From: Prasinococcaceae sp. CCMP 1430
Lineage: Eukaryota > Plantae > Prasinodermophyta
Reading direction: 5' to 3'
Length of the DNA stretch: 49,094 bases
Assembly (NCBI GenBank): GCA_013416795.1
Contig: RQSC01000014.1
Span: forward strand, 57,920 to 107,013
A program made the position numbers and the translations under genes. How positions within the stretch are numbered: the stretch's first letter is position 1; every line of letters begins with the position of its first letter. The notes below the pieces were generated by a model that saw only the letters and a list, made by a program, of their open reading frames with translations, was not told the DNA's origin and did no database searches. This document shows, piece by piece, positions 11,398 to 22,024 of the stretch.

Positions 11398-12197
11398 TCA
11401 GCCCTCGCGCTGCGAGATGCCCGCACCGGCATCCCACTCCTTGGCACTCTTGACCTTGTCGATGATGGTGTCGTCTTCGATGAGCAGCGAGTCGGCGAGG
11501 CCGTACGCGATGGCTCTCGGCGCAGTCATGTAGTACGGCCTGTACATGTCTGACTCGAGCTTCTCCACCGGCTGCCCCGTGCAGTGGCTCATGAGCTCGA
11601 GCGACGTCTTCTTGTTGGACAGCACCTCCTTCCACTTGATCTCGATCTCGCTCGCCTGCTGCTGCCCGCTGCTGGGGAAGTTGGGCTGCTGCAGCATCGC
11701 CGTCGCGTGCGGCAGCATGAAGCGCTTGCCCTTCTCGCCCGCCGCTAGCAGCATCGCCGCCTGCCCCACCGCCACGCCCACGCCCACCGTGTGGATGGGG
11801 TTCGAGACGTACTGCATCGTGTCATAGATGGCGTACGACTCGGACTCCGCGCTCACCGTCTCGCCGTCCGCGCGCGAGCAGCCGGTGCTGTTGATGTACA
11901 TGTAGATGGGCTTGTTTCGGTCGAGGTACTGGAGGTACAGCAGCTCAGCGATCAGCAGCTCCGTCACCGACGGCACCAGCGGCATCCCCACGTACACGAT
12001 GCGTGCATCGAGCAGCAGCGACGGCAGATCCGGCGGAGGCGACTTCGGCATGTTCTGGCCGTAGCTGTTGCCGCCCGCAGTCTCTGCCTGCCCAGGTGCG
12101 CCTCCCGCCATGCGCACCGCCTCCTTGCCCGCGGACACGATGCTCGCATGCGGATACGGAGGCAGCGCGACGCCACCGTCGCTCTCTGTCCACCCAG
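11398..12197 (-). CDS. CLPR3: Plastid Clp protease non-catalytic subunit, ClpR3-like. The 5' transit-peptide exon lies upstream (about 12200-12600) and is unresolved
   Basis: PPPDLPSLLLDARIVYVGMPLVPSVTELLIAELLYLQY, YINSTG + R-type insertion (ADGETVSAESE), AVGQAAMLL (catalytic Ser absent), LQQP (catalytic His absent), RPYYM. Frame stays open to a TTGCAG acceptor at 12198. Confidence 0.85.
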
Positions 12198-12989
12198 CTG
12201 CAAGTGCGACCGAGCGCGAGGCGTGGGCGCAAGCACGGCCGTAGCGAGCGCGGCGGTGTCAGCGACAATGGATGCGCGGCGGTGATAGGGACTATGGCGA
12301 GCGGCCGCGCGTCCGGCCACTCCGCGCTGCGTGGTGCGCAAGGCCCGGCCCGCAGCGCGGCGCGGCGCGGGGCAGGGCGGCGACGTCGTGCTGCACATCC
12401 GCCCCCCCCCCTTCCTCAGGGGCGCAGAGGCGCGCCGCGCCCGCTGTGGCACCGGGTCCCACGCGGCTGCGAGTGCGCGCGCGCGCCTCCTGTGCGCCCT
12501 GCCTTTCCGGCCTCCGGAGCGCGCGCACCGATTGCCGCGTTTCCCTGCCGGAGCGCACCCCGTTCCGCACCTCCATTGGAACAACGGATGCGGATTTCGC
12601 GGGCGCGTCACCAGGCCGGTCACTCCCGAGCGAGCGGGGTTAGTAGATTATCCGCCGCCCGCCGATGCGAGAAGAAAAAAAGGAAAAAAAAGGCCGTCGC
12701 GGCGCGCGATGGCGGCCTGGGTTAGGGGTGGAATTAAGGTTACAGTAGGGTTCATCCGCGCGCAAGTACTAGTGCGCGAGCGCGAGCGAGGCCTCGAGAG
12801 CGCACGCCGCCGCCGCCGCGCTCTCGCCTCGGCCGCTGTCGCAGGCCGCCATAGGCCGCCAGAGCGCGTGGTCGGCGCGGGGGCGGCGGGCTGTGCGGCT
12901 GCCGTCGGCGGCGCCGCCCTGCGGCGGTTTCGGGCGCCCTCTGTGACCCCGTGCGCGCCTGCGCCGCCGACTCCCTTACCCCCCGGGCG

Positions 12990-14156
12990 ATGCGCGCCGA
13001 TCGTACCGCGTGGGGGGCTTCGCTGAGGCTGGGAGGCTGTGCAAGAGGGCGGGGACAGCGAAAAGAGCGGCGCCGCCCGCCCGCGGCGCACGGCGGTTGT
13101 GATGCCTCGCGCGACACACCACCACCCGAGCGCCTCACGCATGTGCGGCGCGCCATCGCTAACGCCACGAGGGCGGCCGCCGTCCGGCCAGCCGAGAACG
13201 CGGAGAGGAGGGCGGCGCTCGTCGAGCAGCAGAAGTGCGTCGCGCTGCAGTCGCTCTCCCTCTCCATGCCACTGTCTCCCTCTCTGTCGCTGACCTTCGC
13301 GGCTCTCATCGACAGGGCCGCCCTCGCCGCCGAGCGGCGTCTTGCGCAAGAGGATGCATCCGATGCCGATGCTGCAGCAGCTGCGCTCGCGCTGCGCGCA
13401 GCGCTCGGAGGCACGCCGCGTGCGTGTGGCGATGTAGCGGTGGTGCTCACGATGCCCAAGTCGGCGAGCAACGTCGGCGCCATCGCCCGCAGTGTGCAAG
13501 CGTTTGAGGCGGGCGAGCTTCGGCTAGTGGCTCCTCGTTGCAGCCATAAATCTCGGCGAGCGAGACAGGTGCGCGGCATGACGTTCACGCCGTGAGGCGG
13601 CAGCTGGCATTCGTGTGCTCGCGTCCGCATCGAGCTGACTTCGCCTCCCCCCACACCTGCCTCGCCTCCGTCGGCCCTCTAGTCCGCCAACGGGTGCGAC
13701 CACGCGCTGGACACCGCACGAGTTTACGACACTCTGGCCGAGGCGCTGCGCGGCTGCGACGCGTCCATCGCATTTGCGCGTTGGGGGGGCGACAGCGTGG
13801 CCGAAGCTGGCGACCGCGACGATGGGGCGACCGAACAGCGCGCAGTCGACGGACCCGCGCCCAAGGTCCCTCCTCAATTCCGCACCATCGCGGCCGCCGC
13901 TGCGTCGGCTCGGGCGGACGATGCGCTTGCGCGCTTTGCTGTGCCTGCACAGGGCTTTGACAGCGGCCGGCCCCGTGCGCAGCTCGCGCTCGTGTTCGGC
14001 AGGGAGGATTGCGGGCTGTACGCCGAAGAGGTTGCTGCGTGCGACGCGGTGGTGAGCGTGCCCATGGGGCGATTGGCGGAGTCGCTCAGCCTCCCGATGT
14101 GTGCGACGCTCGCGCTCGGAGCGCTGTACGAGCTGCGTACTCGCGACCATCCTTGA
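12990..14156 (+). CDS. SpoU/TrmH-family (TrmJ-like) tRNA/rRNA 2'-O-methyltransferase. Introns 13235-13315 and 13569-13682; 5' end uncertain
   Basis: VVLTMPKSASNVGAIARSVQAF..ELRLVAPRC; TLAEALRGCD; ALVFGREDCGL..EEV..CD..VSVP..SLSL. Donors AA|GTGCGT and CAG|GTGCGC, branch GCTGAC, acceptors GACAG and TCTAG keep frame. Confidence 0.8.
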
Positions 14157-14390
14157 ACTGTTTTGTATCAAATTGTAACAACGCCTTGCAAATACTCGCC
14201 GCGTCTCCGTCTCTGCTGCCCCCGACAGTGCTCCTGGCTCTGACCCCAGGGCCCCACCGCTGCGCGCCCGGCTGCACGGCTCGCTCTAGGTCGGGCGCAT
14301 CGACAAGTGTGTACGAAATGTTTGTTATCCCCAAGCAGCGTTACATGCACGCGGCGTCTCGCGCGCGCAGGTGTGACGGAGGCCTCGCGC

Positions 14391-14814
14391 TTACGAGCGG
14401 GGCTTCTCCTTCTTCTCGCGGAAGAGGGCGATGAGGGACACGCCCGACACCTTCACGACCTTGAAGCGCACACCGGGAATATCGCCGACGGCGTGGCCCC
14501 TGCGGCCGAAGCCGGCGATGAGCACCTCGTCGTTCTCGTCGATGAAGTTGAGCATGCCATCGTTCGGCACGAAGGCGGCAATCTTCTTGCCGTTCTTGAT
14601 CAGCTGCACACGCGCGCACTTGCGGATAGCCGAGTTCGGCTGCTTGGCCTCGATGCCAATCTTCTCGAGCACGATGCCCTTGGCGTGCGAGCAGCCGGCG
14701 AACGGCTTGGCGTACTCCTTGCCCTGGTGCGCCTTGCGGAAGTCCTTGTCCGCCCACCGCTGCTCCTTGCGGTGGAGGCGCATCTTGCGACCGGCGCCGA
14801 GACCGCGAGTCTTG
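14391..14814 (-). CDS. RPS23: 40S ribosomal protein S23 (uS12), main exon. First exon ambiguous (see findings)
   Basis: [10 protein letters not shown]...[44 protein letters not shown]...[13 protein letters not shown]...KKEKPRS. Acceptor CTGCAG|C AAG at 14815/14814 (phase 2). Confidence 0.97.
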
Positions 14815-15596
14815 CTGCAGAGGCGCGTGGGAGCGGAGACGGTGAGAGGGAGGAGGATGCCGCGCGGCTCAGTCAGAGGGAGATTCATTCGACCTCGACA
14901 CACACCTCCATCGCAGAGCGCAGTCGCCAGGCGTGCGCGCTCACGCCTGGGTGGAAAGATCGCGACAAGAAAAGGGCACAGAACCTGCGCGCGCGCGCGC
15001 CACGACGAACGCAAGGCGAGAGAACGCGGGTGCGCGTGGCATTGACGCGGCACCGCTCCCCCCGACGCTGCGCCCACGCTGCGCATTTTTTCCTTGGAAG
15101 AAAGCTCCCCCGCGCGTGAGTGCGTGCGTGCGAGCGCACGCGAACGGGCGGACGGCAACGCGGTCGGGGTCGCCCCACACACACGGTGCAGACGCGGGTG
15201 TGCACGATCCCTTCCATCCGCCAAGCGCCCGTCGCGATCGCGCGTGCTGCGCCGCTGCCGCCGCTGCCGTCGCCACGGCGGCTGCCGCCGCGCAGGGTCG
15301 CGCCCCGAAAAAAAAAACGCATGGCCGCACAGAGGGCGCACGCGAGCTCGCGAGGGGCGGCGACGGCGAAGGCGCGCAGCGTGCGACAAGCACGCGCGCG
15401 GCGTCGCCTAGGAAACAGAGGCGGTCGCAAGCGCTACCGCCTCGTCCTCTCCGCGCCCATCCTCGCAGCGCGCGCGCCGCGCCGGCCGCTCACCCCACCC
15501 CCCCCACCGCCGCGCGCACGCGCCCTCGCGCGCGCGCCCACGCGCGGCGGCTGGCGCCCAAAACCCGAACCTCACCGAGTCCCGAAAACGGCGTAT

Positions 15597-15606
15597 TTAG
15601 GGTTTT
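15597..15606 (-). promoter_or_regulatory. Telo-box (AAAACCCTAA) in an AT-rich island upstream of RPS23
   Basis: TTAGGGTTTT on the + strand. Telo-boxes are established in promoters of plant translation-machinery genes. A second copy, TAGGGTTTT, is at 16098-16106. Confidence 0.5.
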
Positions 15607-15705
15607 CTTCCTCGCCACCTTCAGCGCCTCTGAGAATGAATTTTAAAATACCTCATTCACTCGCAAGACGCAAACCCTCCTTTCGCACCCCCGCCGACCC
15701 ACGCA

Positions 15706-15745
15706 TTCGATGGATTTTGATGAGCTTCGATGGGTTTTGATGGGG
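15706..15745. repeat. Degenerate 20-nt tandem duplication (17/20 identical)
   Basis: TTCGATGGATTTTGATGAGC followed by TTCGATGGGTTTTGATGGGG. Confidence 0.6.
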
Positions 15746-16356
15746 GCCGGGCGGGCGCGGCGCGGCGGCGGCGCTTCGCGGAGGGCGCAATCGAAATCGC
15801 GCGGGCGCCGTCGTTTGCCGCGGGCACTGCGCAGGGCCTCGCGGGCGGGAGCCCGCCGATCCGCGCAGTTGAAATGGCGGCGGGTGAGAGAGTGGGGGCA
15901 ACGCGTGACGAGCTCGGCCGCAGCCGCTGCTCGCCCCATCGCCCATCGCGCGCGCGCGGGCGGGTGCGAAGGAGGCGCCGTGGTGACGCTCCCCCGACGA
16001 GCGAGCGCTCCTTTCCAGTGCATCTATGCATGGGATCGAGAGAGGGTTACAGTCGAATGCTAATGTGATATTCATTCTGGCGAATTGGGAGCACCAATAG
16101 GGTTTTCCAAAACCTAAACACGCGCCTCCTCCTTTTTTTTTTTTTTTCCCTCCCCGTGTGTGCGTGTGTGTGTGGGGGGGGGGGTGCGCATGCGCAGTGA
16201 TGATCAGCTGCTGGCGAGAAGCTGACCGGATTTTGTTGTCATCCGCTCGCGCGCGCGCAAGCGCAAGCGCGCGGGCTGGCCACACCGCGGGCGCGGCGCG
16301 GCGAGGCCTCTCCCTCCCCTCCCCTCGCCCGGCCAGACGCTCCGCCTGCGGAGGCC

Positions 16357-17580
16357 ATGGCCGCGCTCGCGCGCTCCGCGGCTCGCGCCGTCAGGTCAGC
16401 GCGCAAACTGATCAAGTCCAAGTCGGTGCCGAGACGCGCCGCGCGGCCCTGCTGCGGCGGCCTGCGCCTGCGATTTGATGGCAGACTGAGGGTTTCGGGT
16501 TGGGCCGGGCGACGCCGGGCGGACGCATGCGGGCGGCGGCCTAGGCGTGGGGTGCGCACGAGCGCACGGCCCAGCGGTGGGCACGATCGTGACCGTCTGT
16601 TTCGCGGCCTGCGTCTGCGCGCCGCCCCGCGCCGCTGGCCGCGTCCGTCACGCCCCGCCGGCTCTCAACCGCGTTCCCGAGCGCCTACCCAGCTGCGTTC
16701 GACGCCACGCCCGCCCCTGCGGGCCGAGGGGCGCGAGAGGAAGCGCCCAGCTCATACCCGCCCTTACCCTGCGCTGACCGTACCGCCCCGCATCCCACAC
16801 GCCCTATCCCTACTCGCCCACCGCCTCTGCAGCACGTCGCGCGCCGGCAAGCTCGCTGCGCGCACCCAGCGCCCGGTGGCAGCAGCGCGCCGCTCGGTCG
16901 CGGTGTGCGCAGATGCTGGCGCGATGGGCATGCCCGAGGAGGGCGGCGCGGCGATGAGGGGCACCGGCGAGATTTTCCCTCGCATCAAGACGCGTGACCC
17001 CTACAAGTGCCTGGGCATCTCGCGCGAGGCCAACTACGATGAGATCACCGAGGCGCGCAACTACCTCATGGAGGCGTACGCCGGCCACGAGGCGAGCGAG
17101 GAGGCCATCGAGGGCGCGTACGACAAGATCATCTCGCAGGGCTTCAAGCGCCGGCGAAAGACCAAGATGAACCTGGGCCGCGAGAGCGCCGACGTGGCGC
17201 CTGAGGACAACTTCTTCACACGGCTGCGCGCACGCATGGACAAGCCCTCGCGCGAGGTGCTCATGCAGCGCATCTTCCTCTTCAGCTTCATCACGGCGTG
17301 GAGCGTGATGCTCTCGAACGAGACGGGCCCGACGCTGCAGCTGTTGGCTGCCTTCGGCCTGAGCACGCTCTTCCTCAACCAGAAGGCGCAGAACAAGGAG
17401 CTGGGTATGAGCGTCGGCCTGTCGTTTATCGCGCTCGTCGCTGGCTGGCTCGTTGGCACGCTGCTCGAGGTGTATCTGCCCATGATCTTCCCGCCCGCGT
17501 GGACGCCCGAGACTATCTGCGCGCTCTTCTCCTACATCGCGCTCTGGGGCATGTCTACCTTCTGGAAGCCCAACGCGTGA
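16357..17580 (+). CDS. CPP1: Chaperone-like protein of POR1 (CPP1/CDF1, DUF3353), plastid-targeted. Exons 16357-16394, 16833-17580
   Basis: FPRIKTRDPYKCLGISREA..DEI..ARNYL...YAGHEASEEAIEGAYDKI...RRKTKMNL, then TM helices ending WTPETICALFSYIALW..TFWK. Phase-2 intron AG|GTCAGC...GCTGAC...CTGCAG yields an Ala/Arg/Ser-rich transit peptide. Confidence 0.9.
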   Translation: MAALARSAARAVRSARKLIKSKSVPRRAARPCCGGLRLRFDGRLRVSGWAGRRRADACGRRPRRGVRTSARPSGGHDRDRLFRGLRLRAAPRRWPRPSRPAGSQPRSRAPTQLRSTPRPPLRAEGRERKRPAHTRPYPALTVPPRIPHALSLLAHRLCSTSRAGKLAARTQRPVAAARRSVAVCADAGAMGMPEEGGAAMRGTGEIFPRIKTRDPYKCLGISREANYDEITEARNYLMEAYAGHEASEEAIEGAYDKIISQGFKRRRKTKMNLGRESADVAPEDNFFTRLRARMDKPSREVLMQRIFLFSFITAWSVMLSNETGPTLQLLAAFGLSTLFLNQKAQNKELGMSVGLSFIALVAGWLVGTLLEVYLPMIFPPAWTPETICALFSYIALWGMSTFWKPNA

Positions 17581-17814
17581 GGAAGCGCCTTAAGCGCTCT
17601 CTAGCCGTAGACGCCGGGGTAGGGAGGTTGTTGGGGGTTGGCGGTGGGGTGGGTTGGAGGTTAACTAAAGAAAAAGCACGCAAACCCACGAAGGCACACA
17701 CATGCGCGCGCACGACGAGCCTGGCGCGCGTGCGGGATTCCGGGCAGGCGTCCGTGTGTGTGTGTGGACAAATTTACATGCGACGCGCGCCCGGCGGCGT
17801 GCCGTCATGCGCCA

Positions 17815-19995
17815 CTACCTCGCGCTCCCGGCCGCCTTCTTGTCCCCCGCAGCGGCGCCCCTGGCGGCCGTCTGGCGGCCGCTCGCGCCGCCACCTGACG
17901 ACCTGAGGCCGCGCGTGAAAGCGCCCGCGCCGAGCAGCAAGTTCCTGCGCGTGAAGCGCACGGCCATCACGGGCGTCTGCTTGGTGCGCAGCATGGTAAT
18001 CAGGCGCGCGTCCCCACGCCACGGCTTGCTCTCGGCGCCGGCGCCGCTGGCCCCGCCGGCGCCATGTCCTGTGCCCTGCGCGTCGTCGGGCACGCCGCCC
18101 TCAACGTCCCAGAGCCCAATGGAGCAGTCGTCGCCCCCCGAAGCGAGCACCGCCGACTCGCCGGAGAAGGCCAACGACCACACTGGGCCGGCATGCCCCG
18201 CCGATGAGGGGCCACCAAACGCGCCGAAGCGGCGCCCGTTGGCCAGATCCCAGCAAAGGATCATGCCCTGGCTGTCACCGCTCACCAGCACGCGTCCCGC
18301 GGGTGAGACGGCCACGGAGGTGACCGTGCCACGGTGGCCGGTGAGCAGGCGCGCGCAGTCGCCGCTTTGCACATCCCACAGGCGCACGGTCTTGTCTGAG
18401 CTGCCTGTGGCCACGTAGTTGGCGTTGGGGTGGAAGGCCAGGCAGTCCACATCCGCCAGATGACCGGCAAACACGCGCAGCGGCGTGTGGCGGTTGGTCG
18501 CCCACAAGCGCGCCGTGCGGTCGTGCGAAGCGGTGGCAAAATAGTGCCCCATCGGCGACCACTTGACGTCCCACACAGGATAGGCGTGGCCCGTGTACAC
18601 ACACAGGCACGCCTGCAGCTCAAGCGACCACAGCCGCACGGTGAAGTCGGTACTGCACGACAGCAGATGCTCGCCGTCGGGAGAGAAGTCGAGGCCGTAC
18701 ACCGGCGCGCTGTGACCGCACAGCAACATGTGCGGCACCGCGGGGCGCGCGCCCGCCACCTTGCCGGCCTCTGTCACCACCTTGGCCGCGTCTGCGTCAT
18801 TGGACCACACGCGCACCTGCGAGTCCGCGAAGCCGCCAGCGACGCGCTGCCCGTCGGCGCTGATCGCCACCACATTCAGACCATCGTACGTGTTGCAGCA
18901 CGTGAAGAATGCGCAACTGGGCGGAGCGCGGCCGCTCACGCGCACGCGCTTCCGGATTTCGGCGATGCTGGCTAGCTCCTCCTCCTCGCGCATTTTGGGT
19001 AGCGGCACCTTCGTCTCGACCTTCGGCGCCTTGAGCAATGGCCCGACGAGATCGTCTGCCGCATCCTCACCCGCGCGTTTCGACTCCTGCTGGATGTCCT
19101 TTCTGGAGCGCTTGGCGGCCCCGAACTCGCGCCTGAAGTCGGCAGGCTGGGACATATCGCTGGACTTCGCTGCCTCCACCGCTTCGAGCTCGCGGAATTT
19201 CTTCTCCGTCACGTCGTCTTTGTGTATCTTGGCCGCCTTGAGCTCGACGTTGGTCTTCTGGAGCGCGCCCCAGCGCACGGCCTTCTGGTTCATGTCGAGC
19301 TGGCGCTGGGTGGTCTCGCCCGTGAGCGTGACGGCATCGGCGCCAAAGTCGGCCGAACCGTCGTCCTGCTCCGGCGCCCCGGCCACGAGCGTCACCCCCA
19401 GCCGCTCGTTGATCAGCCCCAGCAGCAACAGCGTTTTCGAGCTGTGCAGGAAGGACAGCAGCAGCTCCCACGCGTACGCGCTGAGCTTGACGTTGGATTT
19501 GTTTTCGCGGTAGAGCTGCGCGAGCTTGTCCTCTTTGACGTGCTCGGGTAGCGTGATCTTGCTCAGACTCTTCACGTACTGCCCGTGCTGCTCTTCGTGG
19601 TCCGGCCGGAATCGCTCAAGGAGCTCAGCCGCGCACTGCGTGTGGCCGCGCTCGACCAGGTCGAGATAGCTGTGCACGAAGATCGGGTACAGGATGCGCT
19701 CGAGCTCGGCCTTGTACAGATCGAGCGAGCTGTGCACCCACGCCCTCAGCTGCGTGTAACAGTCAATGTACCCTCGCCCGTCCTTCTCAGCCTCCGGGTA
19801 GAAGAGCACGTGGTTCACGATGGCCATGTCGGCGTCGAGCTGTGGGCTGATCTTGAGCGCGCTGAGATCCTGCACGCGCGCCTCCTTGGCAAACACACGC
19901 TCCGCGTCCTTGTACCCTTGGCGTTGCAGGTAGCGCAGAATCACCTGCTCACGCGTCTGCGACATGCTGAGCGGCTTGGGCTCGGCGTCCGCCAT
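17815..19995 (-). CDS. TAF5: Transcription initiation factor TFIID subunit 5 (about 726 aa)
   Basis: N-terminal ILRYLQRQGYKDAE, NTD2 (Y..LRAWVHSSLDLYKAELERILYPIFVHSYLDLV) and a C-terminal WD40 series (GHSAPVY, GHAYPVWDV, GHLADVD, GHRGTV, GHAGPVWSL). ATG at 19995. Confidence 0.92.
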   Translation of the reverse strand: MADAEPKPLSMSQTREQVILRYLQRQGYKDAERVFAKEARVQDLSALKISPQLDADMAIVNHVLFYPEAEKDGRGYIDCYTQLRAWVHSSLDLYKAELERILYPIFVHSYLDLVERGHTQCAAELLERFRPDHEEQHGQYVKSLSKITLPEHVKEDKLAQLYRENKSNVKLSAYAWELLLSFLHSSKTLLLLGLINERLGVTLVAGAPEQDDGSADFGADAVTLTGETTQRQLDMNQKAVRWGALQKTNVELKAAKIHKDDVTEKKFRELEAVEAAKSSDMSQPADFRREFGAAKRSRKDIQQESKRAGEDAADDLVGPLLKAPKVETKVPLPKMREEEELASIAEIRKRVRVSGRAPPSCAFFTCCNTYDGLNVVAISADGQRVAGGFADSQVRVWSNDADAAKVVTEAGKVAGARPAVPHMLLCGHSAPVYGLDFSPDGEHLLSCSTDFTVRLWSLELQACLCVYTGHAYPVWDVKWSPMGHYFATASHDRTARLWATNRHTPLRVFAGHLADVDCLAFHPNANYVATGSSDKTVRLWDVQSGDCARLLTGHRGTVTSVAVSPAGRVLVSGDSQGMILCWDLANGRRFGAFGGPSSAGHAGPVWSLAFSGESAVLASGGDDCSIGLWDVEGGVPDDAQGTGHGAGGASGAGAESKPWRGDARLITMLRTKQTPVMAVRFTRRNLLLGAGAFTRGLRSSGGGASGRQTAARGAAAGDKKAAGSAR

Positions 19996-20090
19996 TGCGG
20001 CTGTCCGCCGCGGCCCACACCCCGCTCCCGCCCACTTGCGCGAGCGAAACTGCGCGGTGGCGGCGCGCGCGCGCACGCCCCGCCGCCGCC

Positions 20091-21067
20091 NNNNNNNNNN
20101 NNNNNNNNNNNNNNNNNNNNNNNNNNNNNNNNNNNNNNNNNNNNNNNNNNNNNNNNNNNNNNNNNNNNNNNNNNNNNNNNNNNNNNNNNNNNNNNNNNNN
20201 NNNNNNNNNNNNNNNNNNNNNNNNNNNNNNNNNNNNNNNNNNNNNNNNNNNNNNNNNNNNNNNNNNNNNNNNNNNNNNNNNNNNNNNNNNNNNNNNNNNN
20301 NNNNNNNNNNNNNNNNNNNNNNNNNNNNNNNNNNNNNNNNNNNNNNNNNNNNNNNNNNNNNNNNNNNNNNNNNNNNNNNNNNNNNNNNNNNNNNNNNNNN
20401 NNNNNNNNNNNNNNNNNNNNNNNNNNNNNNNNNNNNNNNNNNNNNNNNNNNNNNNNNNNNNNNNNNNNNNNNNNNNNNNNNNNNNNNNNNNNNNNNNNNN
20501 NNNNNNNNNNNNNNNNNNNNNNNNNNNNNNNNNNNNNNNNNNNNNNNNNNNNNNNNNNNNNNNNNNNNNNNNNNNNNNNNNNNNNNNNNNNNNNNNNNNN
20601 NNNNNNNNNNNNNNNNNNNNNNNNNNNNNNNNNNNNNNNNNNNNNNNNNNNNNNNNNNNNNNNNNNNNNNNNNNNNNNNNNNNNNNNNNNNNNNNNNNNN
20701 NNNNNNNNNNNNNNNNNNNNNNNNNNNNNNNNNNNNNNNNNNNNNNNNNNNNNNNNNNNNNNNNNNNNNNNNNNNNNNNNNNNNNNNNNNNNNNNNNNNN
20801 NNNNNNNNNNNNNNNNNNNNNNNNNNNNNNNNNNNNNNNNNNNNNNNNNNNNNNNNNNNNNNNNNNNNNNNNNNNNNNNNNNNNNNNNNNNNNNNNNNNN
20901 NNNNNNNNNNNNNNNNNNNNNNNNNNNNNNNNNNNNNNNNNNNNNNNNNNNNNNNNNNNNNNNNNNNNNNNNNNNNNNNNNNNNNNNNNNNNNNNNNNNN
21001 NNNNNNNNNNNNNNNNNNNNNNNNNNNNNNNNNNNNNNNNNNNNNNNNNNNNNNNNNNNNNNNNNNN
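20091..21067. other. Assembly gap (N), covering the presumed divergent promoter of TAF5 and the orphan
   Basis: Run of N. Confidence 1.
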
Positions 21068-21928
21068 ATGGCTGCCGCGCCGATGGCGCCGGCCGGCACG
21101 TGGCCGGAGCCCGACGTGACCGGGGCAGCGGCGCGCGGTGCCATGCCACACGCGCTGCAGCCGCACGGCGAGCGCACACCACACGGCGTGCCACTAGAGC
21201 GCAGGCTTGCGTACGATGCGGAGTGCGCGCGCTGGCGGCGCTCGCGCGCGAGGCGCGAGCCGGGCGCGGGCATGGGCGCCCGCTCCAACGCCGGCCCCCC
21301 GAGGCGTGGTGTGTGGGACGATGAGCTCGCTGTGGAGCAGCGCAGGCGCACGCCGACGCTCGCGCACCGCCTTGGCATCCGCGCCCCGATTGGTGCGACC
21401 GCCACGCTCGCTGCCACCTTCGGCGTGAGCGCGCGTGAGATTTTCGGCGAGGGAGGTGGGTCCCACGGCACGCTGAGCGGCGCTGCCAGGCCGATGGGCA
21501 CCAGCTCGTACCAGGCCTCGACCGCCACGGACATCAAGAACACCATGGCCCTTGTCGGCACGCTGAGGGAGGGTGCCAGGGGTGTCGGCGCTGTGCGCTC
21601 CAGGGCGAATGCGCACGCGCAAGGGCGCGCGCGCACGCCCCGCGAGGAGCGCGCGCGCAGGGAAGGCGTCGCGGACGCCGCGCGCCGCGCGGCCGAAGCT
21701 CGCGAGCGTCACAGCGCTTCGACGGCGCGTGAGCGGCAGCGGAGGCGTGCACAACGTGCAAAGAAGCGCCAAGAGGCAGAGAAAGTCCCGGAGCCCCAGG
21801 CATTGTTAGCGGCAAACGGCTCACTGAGGGTGCCCACCGAGCCGCTGGCCCAACTGACAACCGAGGACGCGGTCAACGACTCCCTGTCAAATGGTGTCGA
21901 GAGCGTTCCTTCGAGCGAGGGACGGTGA
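21068..21928 (+). CDS. Hypothetical protein (Arg/Ala-rich, basic coiled-coil C-half). May be 5'-truncated by the gap
   Basis: 286-codon open frame starting at the first base after the gap, with TGTAA at 21984-21988 downstream. No family recognised. Confidence 0.55.
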   Translation: MAAAPMAPAGTWPEPDVTGAAARGAMPHALQPHGERTPHGVPLERRLAYDAECARWRRSRARREPGAGMGARSNAGPPRRGVWDDELAVEQRRRTPTLAHRLGIRAPIGATATLAATFGVSAREIFGEGGGSHGTLSGAARPMGTSSYQASTATDIKNTMALVGTLREGARGVGAVRSRANAHAQGRARTPREERARREGVADAARRAAEARERHSASTARERQRRRAQRAKKRQEAEKVPEPQALLAANGSLRVPTEPLAQLTTEDAVNDSLSNGVESVPSSEGR

Positions 21929-22024
21929 GGCAATATCCAGCGGCCCGTCCCGCGCGCATTCTCAGGCCAGCTATTGTACAATGTGTAACAATGCGTGAAA
22001 GAATCAATTTGCGCGCGGGCGCGC

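Noticed and set aside
16197-16225. GTGATGA...CTGA (C and D boxes) enclosing GCTGCTGGCG, complementary to the 18S GCCAGCAGC region
   Set aside because: The boxes are only 18 nt apart, the antisense stretch is not adjacent to the D box, and there is no second box pair or terminal stem. Too short for a C/D snoRNA, though an Rfam/snoscan run would settle it.
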